IMG/VR virus record: IMGVR_UViG_2619619129_000009
Strand: one strand, 5' to 3'
Source of the DNA: a virus
Lineage: Duplodnaviria; Heunggongvirae; Uroviricota; Caudoviricetes
DNA: 30,853 bases
Positions 8,700 through 17,885 of this stretch are shown here, one piece after another. A program made the position numbers and the translations under genes. Positions within the stretch are counted from its first letter, which is position 1, and the number at the start of each line of letters is the position of its first letter. The notes beneath the pieces are model-generated. The model saw only the letters and a program-made list of their open reading frames with translations, was not told the origin of the DNA and ran no database searches.

Positions 8700-9980
8700 T
8701 TATGCAGCCCTCACAATGTAGTTAAACGCAATGTTCCGAGGTCGAGTTTCCCCTGAAACTCTTGGAACCCCACCATTAAAAGCTCTACCAGAAATTTTAT
8801 TGATTAAATCACTATCACCAGTGAACTCCGCGCTTCCATCTGGAATTGCAACATTGCCTCCACCTGCACCAATAAATCGCAGTCTTATAGCTTTATGGCC
8901 GTGGTCTTGCAATGCGTCGCCTTGAACAGACAGAATAGTCCTTCCACTATCCACCCCACGCCCGTCATCCCATCCACGGATAAACTCACCGCGCAAATCT
9001 GGTAATTTTAACTCTGGGTAAGCCTTTGCCAGTTCCGGGTATTCTTCAGCAGAAAAAGCCGCACCATTGCATTTCAACCAGCCTGTTGGCGGAGTGGCTG
9101 AAGGCCACGGAACAGGCACCCCAACAGGTAATGCTGAGCCTTCTCCCAAATCAAGGTATGCGAGAAGACCGGCAACATCCTTTCCACTCAAATGAGTCAG
9201 CGTCTCATCCAGTGGCTGCTTACCTGACAGCGCATTGTTAATGGTGGTGCTGAATTTCGGGTCATTGTTAATGGCCGCGGCAATTTCTTTCAGTGTGTCC
9301 AGCGTGGCTGGCGCGCCGTTAATCAGAGCGGTAATAGCAGCCTGAACAAACTCAGTGGTCGCAATCCGCGTGGTGTTATTTCCTGCGGCAGGCGTCGGCG
9401 CTTTTGGTTCTCCGGTAAATGTCGGATTATGTTTCTGCGCATACTGGGTATGAGGGTCCTGTGCGGCAATGTGTTTGCTCATCTGGTCATCCACATACAG
9501 CCTTAATTCCAGGACTTCATCATCCACGTATTTACGGGTCGCCAGTACCACCGACGGGTCGATTTTCAGCGTGATAGCTTCGGTATTCGTGACAACCAGA
9601 ATCATGCGGATAGTCTGGGTACGACCACTGCCTTCCTGCAACTGCGGTTTGTACGTTTCCGGGCAGTTCGCCACCGCAATGAGTACGCCTTCATCATCAT
9701 AAAGCCCAATCTCACGGATCCAGAATCCGCCCTCGTTCTCAGGGATGATTTGCTCCGCAATAATCTGGCTCTGGTTGTTCGGGTCAACACTCAGAAGATT
9801 CAGCGGCGCGATGCGTTTCTGGTTAATCAGTTTTGTCTGTGCCGGGTCTGGTGTCGGCAAGACACCATTCGCATCACCAACGGCCATTTGCGTCAGATTC
9901 AGCTTACTGCCGAGCATCGTCGCGTTAGCCAGCCGTGCTGCGCCCTGATTAGTCAGAATGGCGTAGTATTTCACTGTCAT
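8700..9980 (-). CDS. H: Tail fibre protein H in its current orientation: constant N-terminal part (about residues 1-280) plus variable C-terminal module, 426 aa
   Basis: Position between I and G; the crossover site lies inside the gene at codons L278-G279-E280. Confidence 0.85.
   Translation of the reverse strand: MTVKYYAILTNQGAARLANATMLGSKLNLTQMAVGDANGVLPTPDPAQTKLINQKRIAPLNLLSVDPNNQSQIIAEQIIPENEGGFWIREIGLYDDEGVLIAVANCPETYKPQLQEGSGRTQTIRMILVVTNTEAITLKIDPSVVLATRKYVDDEVLELRLYVDDQMSKHIAAQDPHTQYAQKHNPTFTGEPKAPTPAAGNNTTRIATTEFVQAAITALINGAPATLDTLKEIAAAINNDPKFSTTINNALSGKQPLDETLTHLSGKDVAGLLAYLDLGEGSALPVGVPVPWPSATPPTGWLKCNGAAFSAEEYPELAKAYPELKLPDLRGEFIRGWDDGRGVDSGRTILSVQGDALQDHGHKAIRLRFIGAGGGNVAIPDGSAEFTGDSDLINKISGRAFNGGVPRVSGETRPRNIAFNYIVRAA
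9141..9166. repeat. Right 26-bp inversion crossover site, inside H
   Basis: TTCTCCCAAATCAAGGTATGCGAGAA; inverted relative to the left site, 19/26 identity; encodes the ...DLGE... junction in H. Confidence 0.6.
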
Positions 9981-10588
9981 GCGTTTACTCTCAGGTTATC
10001 AATTAAATGAATGGCCGAGGCCGGGAAATAATCCCCTCCGACAATAATGGCCTCCGGGGTGTAGGGATAAACCGTCAGGGCGTCGCCGTGATAGCATCCC
10101 GCACCGGCAAAAATGTTGCCGGTTGTACTTAAACTGATAGCCAGTCCCGTCATATGGCGGCTTGCCGGTTTTGCATCAGCAACGAGGCGCTCCAGCTCCT
10201 GATACATTTCCTCGGTAATACCCTGCTCAAGCACGCCAACAACGATACGGAACGTCCCCGGCTCCTCGTTGAGCTGCCACCACTCCCTCACCTCAATCAG
10301 ATAGCCGAGCGGCTCCACCACACGCCGGATTGCGCCTATAGTGCCCTTATGGCAGTGAATGAAATACGCATCGCGGATAACAGCGCGTTTTGTCGCTTCC
10401 GGCCACTTATCATCCCAGCGGTCAACCGAAAATGACCACGCCAGCCACGGCAGCAGATTTGCCGGGCAGGTGTCCGGGTTCCACAGCTCACGAATACTGA
10501 CCGGCGTTTTTTCAATTTCCGCACAGGCTTTTGCAGCGGCGACTTCAAGCGGTGATGAGCCGGTCGGCAGCAGGCGCGAATCACTCAT
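9977..10588 (-). CDS. I: Baseplate assembly protein I (203-aa ORF; true start may be internal)
   Basis: Position between J and H as in P2. Confidence 0.8.
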   Translation of the reverse strand: MSDSRLLPTGSSPLEVAAAKACAEIEKTPVSIRELWNPDTCPANLLPWLAWSFSVDRWDDKWPEATKRAVIRDAYFIHCHKGTIGAIRRVVEPLGYLIEVREWWQLNEEPGTFRIVVGVLEQGITEEMYQELERLVADAKPASRHMTGLAISLSTTGNIFAGAGCYHGDALTVYPYTPEAIIVGGDYFPASAIHLIDNLRVNA

Positions 10589-11489
10589 CCGAGCCTCCGG
10601 TCACGACGCGGTATTCGGTACAGAAAGACGCCTGCGTACTGTTGAGCACGATGTCGGCCAGCGGTGCAGCCAGTTCGACACGCTGCACGCCTTCCACATG
10701 CAAAGCGGCATAAATGGCAGACAGACGGATGTCGCGCCCCAGCCGGTGCTGTGCCGTGATGTACGCTTCCAGTTTTTTCACGGCAGCAGCGCGGATGGGT
10801 TCGCTTTCGGGACCAGGGTAAAGGTAAAGCGTGGCGTTTATCTGGTATTCAACGATGGCGGCAGACTGCACGGTCACGCGGTCGGCCACCGGCCTGACGT
10901 CCTCGCCATTAAGGGCGTTACGCACCACCGCCAGCAGGTCTTCGGATGCGACACCGTTATTTTCACGTGACAGCACAGAGATGGTGACGCAGGCCGGAGA
11001 CGGACTGGTGACAGAGATATCCGCGACACGCCCGTCGGCACTGCGACCATGATACTGATAGGCTCCCACTGACCCGGCGACGCTTAAACCTTCAAACGCC
11101 TGCTGAATACGCAGACGATAATCGGTATCAGATTCCATCACTGCCGGTGTCGGCGGGATGGTCGAATCATCTGCCGGGGTGATAGTCAGACGCGTGGTGT
11201 TGTAATTGGCACCAATCACATCAAGGTCATTACCCGCGGCACAGGCCAGCATCACCGCCCGTGCGGCCTCATTCACACGCTGACGCCAGATAAGCTCACG
11301 ATAAGCGTTTTCCTCCAGCAGTTTGACGAGAGGCTCGGATTCCAGCGTCAGGGTACGGGCGACCGCCTCCTGCTGGTCTTCCGGGTAAAGGGAAATCAGT
11401 GTCGCCTTGCGTTCGGCAAGAATGGTTTCAAAGTCCAGCTCCTCGACCACATCCGGTGCGGGTAGCTGGTTCAGGTCGATAATCGGCAT
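10581..11489 (-). CDS. J: Baseplate assembly protein J, 302 aa
   Basis: 302-aa ORF, matching P2 gpJ length and order. Confidence 0.85.
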   Translation of the reverse strand: MPIIDLNQLPAPDVVEELDFETILAERKATLISLYPEDQQEAVARTLTLESEPLVKLLEENAYRELIWRQRVNEAARAVMLACAAGNDLDVIGANYNTTRLTITPADDSTIPPTPAVMESDTDYRLRIQQAFEGLSVAGSVGAYQYHGRSADGRVADISVTSPSPACVTISVLSRENNGVASEDLLAVVRNALNGEDVRPVADRVTVQSAAIVEYQINATLYLYPGPESEPIRAAAVKKLEAYITAQHRLGRDIRLSAIYAALHVEGVQRVELAAPLADIVLNSTQASFCTEYRVVTGGSDE

Positions 11490-11493
11490 GGTT

Positions 11494-11841
11494 TCAACTC
11501 ACAGGGATGGTTAACGAAAGTGGCTGGCCGGTGTCGTTGTGCTGACCGGTTAACGTGACCGTCATTCGCCCGTCAAAACTGCGCTCAGTGGTGACGGATG
11601 ACAGGGTGACGCGGGGTTCCCATTTCAGCACTGCCATGTAACAGGCGACCTTAATCTGCAACTCAAGCGCCGGAGTCTGCGGCTGGTCAATCATTGACGC
11701 CAGCAACGAGCCGTAATCACGACGCATCACCCGTGAGCCGACCGGTGTGCGCAGGATATCGCCGATACTCTGGCTGATATGCTCAAGGTCAGTGACAGTC
11801 AGGCCATCACTGCGATTCATTCCGAGATAACGCGCAGTCAT
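11494..11841 (-). CDS. W: Baseplate protein W (gp25-like), 115 aa
   Basis: 115-aa ORF, matching P2 gpW length and order. Confidence 0.85.
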   Translation of the reverse strand: MTARYLGMNRSDGLTVTDLEHISQSIGDILRTPVGSRVMRRDYGSLLASMIDQPQTPALELQIKVACYMAVLKWEPRVTLSSVTTERSFDGRMTVTLTGQHNDTGQPLSLTIPVS

Positions 11842-12473
11842 AGAGGTCCCCCTGTTGTGCCGCCACTGTCGCCGGGGTGTTTATGGGTATGCAGTACCTT
11901 ACCGTTTGATGAGAGTTCACCACCGGTATGTTCAATGTTGCCGTGCATCGTTCCGCCCTTCTGCACTTCCAGCGTACCGGTAATCAGCCTGTTGGTGCAG
12001 ACCACCTCCGGTGTGTCCAGGGTGATGCGGGTTGACGCTTTCACCATGACCACCGGCACCGTGGCAGTAACAGAATCAGAAGCCGTCACGCTGGCCGTTT
12101 TAATTCCGCTTACCGTGAGTGCACTGGTTTCGGGTTCATATTCAATCACCGCCCCGTCAGGGAAACGGATATGCAGGGCATCCGCCGACGCAGACGGCGC
12201 GGGGTTATCGCCGGAATAAATCCCCGGCAGAACGAACGCCGTGTCGAGTTCACCGCCCACGGCCAGAATCAGCACCTGTTCCCCCACGGAAGGTGCCCAC
12301 CATGTGCGCGAACGTCCGGCGCGATGTGTCAGCCACTGAAGCCAGTCGGTGCACATGCCGCCGGTCTGCACACGGCAGCGACCGGCGTTAAGGTCGGTTT
12401 CGACGATAATGCCGGTGCGGATCATGTTGCGCAGTGCGCGCGCGAGTTCCTGAATATTTGCGAGAGTGTTCAT
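11838..12473 (-). CDS. V: Baseplate spike protein V, 211 aa
   Basis: 211-aa ORF, matching P2 gpV length and order. Confidence 0.85.
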   Translation of the reverse strand: MNTLANIQELARALRNMIRTGIIVETDLNAGRCRVQTGGMCTDWLQWLTHRAGRSRTWWAPSVGEQVLILAVGGELDTAFVLPGIYSGDNPAPSASADALHIRFPDGAVIEYEPETSALTVSGIKTASVTASDSVTATVPVVMVKASTRITLDTPEVVCTNRLITGTLEVQKGGTMHGNIEHTGGELSSNGKVLHTHKHPGDSGGTTGGPL

Positions 12474-12539
12474 AACGGGAAGGATGCCGCCGGGTCATAC
12501 CGGCGGCAATGTGACGATGAGGTGTCGGGAATGGCACAA

Positions 12540-12992
12540 CTAACGGTCGAGGTGCGCCAGAATAATCTCTTCAATCATCTGCACATCCTCACCGGTAAAG
12601 CCGAGCAGGGGACGCGCCGGATAATCAATTTTCTTACCGTCTTTCCGGTTTTCTTCCGACAGACCGAACTGATGCACACTGGCAATTTTCGGCGACTTCC
12701 CGCCGTAAAATTCCATTGATGCCTGTTCCGGGCTGGCGCGGATAAGCAAAAAACGACTGGTGATAAGTTTCGCAAACATTTTTCGCTTAACACGACCAGT
12801 CTTTTTTCTGGCGCTCTGCTGCTGGCGTGGCGCGTAGGGTGTGCCGTCCGGGGCTTTCTGTGCCATCACCCGACGCTGCTGACTCTGACGCAGACGTTTC
12901 GCCAGTTCGGCACTCAGTCGCCGACGCCCTGACGGTGACAGCGATTCAATAAGTCCGGTCAGCCGGTCTTCAAAACGCTTAAACTCATTCAT
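12540..12992 (-). CDS. S: Tail completion protein S, 150 aa
   Basis: 150-aa ORF, matching P2 gpS length and order. Confidence 0.85.
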   Translation of the reverse strand: MNEFKRFEDRLTGLIESLSPSGRRRLSAELAKRLRQSQQRRVMAQKAPDGTPYAPRQQQSARKKTGRVKRKMFAKLITSRFLLIRASPEQASMEFYGGKSPKIASVHQFGLSEENRKDGKKIDYPARPLLGFTGEDVQMIEEIILAHLDR

Positions 12993-13452
12993 CCCACTTG
13001 CTCACCAGTTCGCCATTGATATACAGCTCCATCGGGCGGGTGACCGGCTCCGGCGGCAGAGGTTCCGGGATATTCTTCACATGCAGCGCGCCGTCCACCT
13101 CACTGACCAGCGTGCGCTCGGTCAGCATCAGGCTGATGCTGATATCAAAGCTGCTGTCATTGTTGATGTCTGCATAAAACGTGAAGCCCTTTTTCTGGCC
13201 TGCGTCGGTGGTCATGATGTCGGGCTGATTTTCCCGCAGCCACGCCAGCACCGGCACGATGAGCAGGTCAAAATCACCGGTAAAGTCGGTCACAATCACA
13301 TTGAGCGTGTAACGCTTTTCGAATGACAACGACGCCGCCAGCGTGGAGGCAATACTCCCGTTATCCACGAATATCCGCAGCATATCGGGGTTAGTTTTCA
13401 GCACCGTGACGGCATCAGTCAGCGCCCTGCGCAGGCTGTCGGGTTTGAGCAT
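12985..13452 (-). CDS. R: Tail completion protein R, 155 aa
   Basis: 155-aa ORF, matching P2 gpR length and order. Confidence 0.85.
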   Translation of the reverse strand: MLKPDSLRRALTDAVTVLKTNPDMLRIFVDNGSIASTLAASLSFEKRYTLNVIVTDFTGDFDLLIVPVLAWLRENQPDIMTTDAGQKKGFTFYADINNDSSFDISISLMLTERTLVSEVDGALHVKNIPEPLPPEPVTRPMELYINGELVSKWDE

Positions 13453-13705
13453 CGTTTTCGTCCTGACAGTGTTTAATCATTTTTACCTGGCTGGCACAGC
13501 GCGCCAGCGCGTTCTCAAGCTGCCGGATATCGGCACTTAAATCACCGTTCGTCTCCGGGTCGCTGCCCGGCATCGGGCAAAGACTCACTTTCGGGCAGGC
13601 GTTGTGGACAATCACTGGCGTCGGTGCAGGTGGGGCGCTGGTGCAACCGGCGCACAGCATCAGGCAGGTCAGCACCGTACCAGCGGCGAAAATCTTCGTT
13701 TTCAT
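13415..13705 (-). CDS. lysC: LysC, Rz1-like outer-membrane lipoprotein (o-spanin), 96 aa, embedded out of frame in lysB and overlapping the R start
   Basis: N-terminus MKTKIFAAGTVLTCLMLCAGC has a signal peptide with a lipobox (L-C-A-G-C), followed by a Pro-rich stretch. Confidence 0.7.
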   Translation of the reverse strand: MKTKIFAAGTVLTCLMLCAGCTSAPPAPTPVIVHNACPKVSLCPMPGSDPETNGDLSADIRQLENALARCASQVKMIKHCQDENDAQTRQPAQGAD

Positions 13706-13985
13706 TCAGTAACCTCGTGATGGTTTTCTCGCGCTGTGCTTCACGCTTCGCGGCGTTCTCCAGTTCCTGACGCAGTGCCACCTGCGCCAGCTCGTTTTTG
13801 TCTGCCCTGGTGAGTGCAACATGAAGCTGATTTTTCAGCATGGTGATGGTCGTCTGCTGCCCGCTGGCGACGTTGTTCGCCCTGTCCAGCGAGGCGCGCA
13901 GGCTGGCGTTTTCATGCTTCGCCAGAAACAGACCGGCCACCGCCAGTGATAACAACACAACCAGCACAATCATCAGCTTTGACAT
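13542..13985 (-). CDS. lysB: LysB, Rz-like inner-membrane spanin (i-spanin)
   Basis: N-terminal transmembrane segment (MIVLVVLLSLAVAGLFLA) then a charged coiled-coil region; position after lysA. Confidence 0.75.
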   Translation of the reverse strand: MSKLMIVLVVLLSLAVAGLFLAKHENASLRASLDRANNVASGQQTTITMLKNQLHVALTRADKNELAQVALRQELENAAKREAQREKTITRLLNENEDFRRWYGADLPDAVRRLHQRPTCTDASDCPQRLPESESLPDAGQRPGDER

Positions 13986-14398
13986 GGTTCCCGCCCCTCA
14001 AAACGCTGACGACAGGCCGTGCGTATCAACCGGAAGAACACCGACGCCACGAGGTAAATCAGCGCGGTAAAAATCCACCCGGCAGCGACCAGCGAGATAA
14101 ACGTCGCCACCATCACTACCAGAGCCACCGCCCGTCTGCGCCACGGCACCGGCTGCAAAAACAGCGACGTGACAATCTTCACGGCCAGCGATTCCGGCGG
14201 CAGCTCCCGCCCGTAGCGTTCCAGTACATACTCTGTGGCATACACGCCGACACCGCCGGCAACCACACAGATAACCGTCGCCAGAATCGCCCAGGCAGCG
14301 ACAAAACTGACGGCCACGCTCTGCGGGTAAATCAGGGACAGTGCCAGCATCAGCGCCAGCAACACGTTCAGCATCAGTGAAAGGGATAATTTCTTCAT
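13973..14398 (-). CDS. lysA: LysA lysis-timing membrane protein, 141 aa
   Basis: Multi-pass hydrophobic 141-aa ORF between K and lysB, matching P2 LysA length. Confidence 0.75.
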   Translation of the reverse strand: MKKLSLSLMLNVLLALMLALSLIYPQSVAVSFVAAWAILATVICVVAGGVGVYATEYVLERYGRELPPESLAVKIVTSLFLQPVPWRRRAVALVVMVATFISLVAAGWIFTALIYLVASVFFRLIRTACRQRFEGREPCQS

Positions 14399-14412
14399 GG
14401 TGTTTACTCCGT

Positions 14413-14910
14413 TTAAGCCGGTACGCCGCCAGCGGTACGCCAGACGGTGACCAGTTTTTCCAGTGAATGCTCACGCTGACCGTAACCGGCACCCGGCAGG
14501 GACGCCCAGATATTGCGACAGCGTGAAATGGCGCGCTCAATGCGTCCCGCCCGGATGTCATCCAGTGCACCGCGTTCGCGGATCAACTGAATGGCAAGTC
14601 TGTCCTGTGACAACGGACTGAAATCCGGCAGGGCAAGCTGTTTGCGGTAATGCGGCCAGAACAGGTAAAGCTGCTGATAGCGACCTGAGGCCGTGGATTT
14701 TTCACCGCGACGGTTAAACACCTTCGCCGGTCGGCCATGTGCGAACGGGTGGTCACTGTAGTCGGTGAAAATTTCCGGCTTCCCGTCCAGTCCGGTGACT
14801 ATCACGTCATAGCCCCGGTTTTTCGTCAGCGGGTGATTCGCCGTCCCTTCGGACACGGCCAGCATGTCGAGAAAGGCAGCGATATTCTGATGCGTGTTAA
14901 TTACCGGCAT
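14413..14910 (-). CDS. K: Endolysin K (lysozyme), 165 aa
   Basis: 165-aa ORF with N-terminal LAVSEGT motif of phage lysozymes; matches P2 gpK length and order. Confidence 0.85.
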   Translation of the reverse strand: MPVINTHQNIAAFLDMLAVSEGTANHPLTKNRGYDVIVTGLDGKPEIFTDYSDHPFAHGRPAKVFNRRGEKSTASGRYQQLYLFWPHYRKQLALPDFSPLSQDRLAIQLIRERGALDDIRAGRIERAISRCRNIWASLPGAGYGQREHSLEKLVTVWRTAGGVPA

Positions 14911-15191
14911 TACTGTTTCCCCCTGCCCTTAAAGCGGCGCTGAATGGCAATCTCAATCACCTGATAACCGGCGATACCCAGCATGGAGCCGATGCCGCAC
15001 ACCGCAGGCAGTGACAGGTCAGGAAACTGCACCAGAACAACACCGGCAACCATCGAGACAAAACCACCGAGCAACATGCGCCCGATAAACAGACGCGGGG
15101 TGATGGGTTCACCACCGGCAAGCACCTTGCCGACAACAATCAGCACCCCAATCATGAAAAGCGACAGGACGCTTTTTTCTTCTGCTGTCAT
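14910..15191 (-). CDS. Y: Holin Y, 93 aa
   Basis: 93-aa ORF with hydrophobic helices and a charged C-terminus (RRFKGRGKQ); precedes K. Confidence 0.85.
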   Translation of the reverse strand: MTAEEKSVLSLFMIGVLIVVGKVLAGGEPITPRLFIGRMLLGGFVSMVAGVVLVQFPDLSLPAVCGIGSMLGIAGYQVIEIAIQRRFKGRGKQ

Positions 15192-15194
15192 GCG

Positions 15195-15398
15195 TTACTC
15201 CCACAGATTGACAGTTTCAGCCACGGGCGCGGTCTGAACGTCGGGCAGTTCGACGGCGGTGCCGTGTGGCAGCACCGCACCCAGTTCAGCCAGTCCCGGA
15301 TTTGCGGCGAGCACGGTCTCAACCACACCCTCAGTGCGCCCGTAATACCGGACACAAATGGCGTCGAGCGTGTCGCCCTGTAGCGCAAAGGTCTTCAT
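15195..15398 (-). CDS. X: Tail protein X, 67 aa from internal Met MKTFALQ
   Basis: Trimmed ORF gives the P2 gpX length; its ATG overlaps the L stop (ATGA). Confidence 0.75.
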   Translation of the reverse strand: MKTFALQGDTLDAICVRYYGRTEGVVETVLAANPGLAELGAVLPHGTAVELPDVQTAPVAETVNLWE

Positions 15399-15907
15399 CA
15401 GATTTGACTCACGATGCAGCGCGGCTTGCCCTGGATGCGCGCCACTGCCCAGCGCATATCCCGCCACAGCTCATCAATGGTGCTGTCAATGCTGTCGGCC
15501 TTCTTGTCGCCTTTCGCACTGGCATCCACACCGCGATAACGTTCATAAAGCGACGCGGTCGCCATCGCACACACGGCGCGCTCGTAGTAAAAAACTTTGA
15601 TGCTTTCACCGTCGATGTCGTCCGCCGGGACGTCCGCCAGACGCGTAAAACCGGCGGCAATTTTCTGTTCGCGGTACTCGTACAGCTCCGCATTCGTCTC
15701 CGCCATGCCTGACTTGATGGCCTCACGCAGACGGGCGGGGGCGACGGTCTGCTCAAGGCGCATACGTTCCCGGACGCGCTTCGGGTCGATATCGGGAAAA
15801 AAGAACGTGTTTTTAATCACCGGCTCGTCGCCTGCCGGTTGCGGGATGACCACCGTACCCTCACCGGACACGGGAGCCTCCTTTCGCGGAATAATCAGCG
15901 TCATCAT
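15398..15907 (-). CDS. L: Head completion / capsid-stabilising protein L, 169 aa from internal Met MMTLIIP
   Basis: Trimmed ORF gives the P2 gpL length; position between M and X. Confidence 0.8.
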   Translation of the reverse strand: MMTLIIPRKEAPVSGEGTVVIPQPAGDEPVIKNTFFFPDIDPKRVRERMRLEQTVAPARLREAIKSGMAETNAELYEYREQKIAAGFTRLADVPADDIDGESIKVFYYERAVCAMATASLYERYRGVDASAKGDKKADSIDSTIDELWRDMRWAVARIQGKPRCIVSQI

Positions 15908-16006
15908 GACTACCTCTGAAAAGTCGGGCGGTGGACGCCGGTGCAGTGTCAGGTGATTCACCCTCACTGACCGGCGTGCCGCCCTGGCGCGGGGCGCATT
16001 CGGTTG

Positions 16007-16750
16007 TTAACTGGCTTTCTTTTTCGGGCGTCCACGTTTTGCCGGTGTCACGCTCCGGATCTTACGCGGGGCGCGGGTGGCCGCTTTGGGCTGCGGCTCC
16101 GGCTTCGGTTTCAGCTCCCGCTCCAGTCGTTCAATCTCTTTTTTGACGCCTGCCTGACAGTCGAGCTGTGTCGCACGTTGCAGGTGAGCCAGCGCACCGG
16201 CGGCATCACCACCGTCACGCAGAAACAGACCGGTGATTTTGTGCAGCTTTGCGCGCACTTCATCAGGCATGTCAGCCGTGGCGGTCAGTTCAAGGGTCTC
16301 CGTCAGCAGGCGGGTATCCACAGACTCACCGGCAGCGTGAGCGCGCATGGCCGCAAGCGCTACCTCCTCGGTGAACATGTACGGCGGGGTACGGCGGTGT
16401 TTACCCGGCATGGTCAGACCGTACTTCAGGGCATAACGGGCAATCTCCAGCGCACCGGCAATATCGCCGGTATCCAGACGCCACAGCATGACCGTCATCA
16501 GAATGTCATCCTGTGCACCTTTGCCCTGCTCCAGCACGCCGTTCACCCACGGCAACCAGAACGGCAGCAGTTCGCGTTTTTTCGCGGCCTTCAGCTCTTT
16601 TGAATAAATCGCTTTCAGTGTGCGCTGGTCTGCGGCGAGCTTAACCAGCATCTGCTCATAGACAGTTGCATGTCGCAGCGGGGCGGCTTCCCGCTGCGCG
16701 GTCATCGCTGCCGAGACCCGCATCATGTGGCGCTGTGCGGGACTCGTCAT
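16007..16750 (-). CDS. M: Terminase small (endonuclease) subunit M, 247 aa
   Basis: 247-aa ORF, matching P2 gpM length and order. Confidence 0.85.
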   Translation of the reverse strand: MTSPAQRHMMRVSAAMTAQREAAPLRHATVYEQMLVKLAADQRTLKAIYSKELKAAKKRELLPFWLPWVNGVLEQGKGAQDDILMTVMLWRLDTGDIAGALEIARYALKYGLTMPGKHRRTPPYMFTEEVALAAMRAHAAGESVDTRLLTETLELTATADMPDEVRAKLHKITGLFLRDGGDAAGALAHLQRATQLDCQAGVKKEIERLERELKPKPEPQPKAATRAPRKIRSVTPAKRGRPKKKAS

Positions 16751-16753
16751 CGG

Positions 16754-17827
16754 TTACGCTCCCGGCTCTGCGGTCGCTTTAGCCAGTGTGGAGAAATCAC
16801 CGACCTTAATTTTTTCCACCAGACAACCGGCGGCGTAGTCTTCCACCACGTAATCAATGTTCATTGACTCGTAGTTCTCCACGCGGTCGAGTTTCGGGTT
16901 TTCCTCAATCACGCGGCGATGGCTGTCATCCATGTAGTAGATGGACAGGTTTTCCAGCTTTGTGATGAGCATCGCATCCGCCGGGAAGTACGGGACGCGT
17001 ACCGCCGGCAGGTTACCGATGCGTTTCTGGCTGATGATGACGTCAGCGGCCAGCATTTCGCTGTTGTCCTGCTCCTTGTTGACGATGGGAAAATACTTGT
17101 CCGCCAGTAGCTGACGACCCACAATCACCACAAGGTCAGGGTCTTCCTGATACCACGGCTCAATCAGGTTGTTGGTCGCATCCATCACCAGTGCGTCAAG
17201 GCTGGCATAATCACCGCCCTTACCCACGCGGATAACCTCAGAGGTGGTGTGCCCTTCCTCGTCAGTGACCTTGCTCATCACGCGCGCCGGGGCTTCATTG
17301 CGGTATTTCTGCAGCCAGCCGACCGCCACATCCTGCAGCATCGGATTGCTGCTGCGGTCAGAGGTTTCGGCACGCCTCACGCCGTTAAAACCGGCCATGA
17401 TTAAATCAAGGGACTGGCGTTTGATAATGGCGTTACGGACACGGAGCTGGAAATCCTGATAACGCGCCCACAGGTCCAGCGTTTTGTAGCGGATATAAAA
17501 ATCGAAGTTAATCTGGTCGCATTCGTACTTGTTTGACGCCAGCTTCGAGAAGTCCTTCGGCTGACGCTCGGTGCCACCGGCGGTGTCGGTGGTGCTGGCG
17601 ATGGAGCCGGTGACACCGATGCCAATTTTTTCCCCTTTCATTTCGCTGACCGGCACAATGTTGATGCGGGTCAGAAAGTCAGAGGACTCCTGCATGGTGT
17701 TCATCAGGGTCTGGGTGACCGACGGTTCAACGGTGAATTTTTTCGACACATCACCGGCGTCGATGCTGTTCAGTTCGGCAACACGGGACAGGTAGGCATT
17801 AAATTTAAAGCGGGTTTCCTGGCGCAT
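16754..17827 (-). CDS. N: Major capsid protein N, 357 aa
   Basis: 357-aa ORF, matching P2 gpN length and order. Confidence 0.9.
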   Translation of the reverse strand: MRQETRFKFNAYLSRVAELNSIDAGDVSKKFTVEPSVTQTLMNTMQESSDFLTRINIVPVSEMKGEKIGIGVTGSIASTTDTAGGTERQPKDFSKLASNKYECDQINFDFYIRYKTLDLWARYQDFQLRVRNAIIKRQSLDLIMAGFNGVRRAETSDRSSNPMLQDVAVGWLQKYRNEAPARVMSKVTDEEGHTTSEVIRVGKGGDYASLDALVMDATNNLIEPWYQEDPDLVVIVGRQLLADKYFPIVNKEQDNSEMLAADVIISQKRIGNLPAVRVPYFPADAMLITKLENLSIYYMDDSHRRVIEENPKLDRVENYESMNIDYVVEDYAAGCLVEKIKVGDFSTLAKATAEPGA

Positions 17828-17885
17828 AGTTTTTCCTGAAATTAAGGGTTAATCGTGAAGGTTTTCCCGGACTGACTGACGCCGG

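Larger units (their letters stand above)
7312..9166. other. Invertible tail-fibre segment of about 1.85 kb (Mu G-segment / P1 C-segment type): Sv'-Tfa' on plus strand, Tfa-Sv on minus strand
   Basis: Mirror-image gene arrangement between inverted 26-bp sites, with a serine invertase gene just outside the left site. Confidence 0.7.

Noticed and set aside
10359-10970. 203-aa plus-strand ORF
   Set aside because: Antisense across the I/J baseplate genes; Arg/Ser/His-rich shadow translation.
16004-16603. 199-aa plus-strand ORF
   Set aside because: Antisense to terminase small subunit M.
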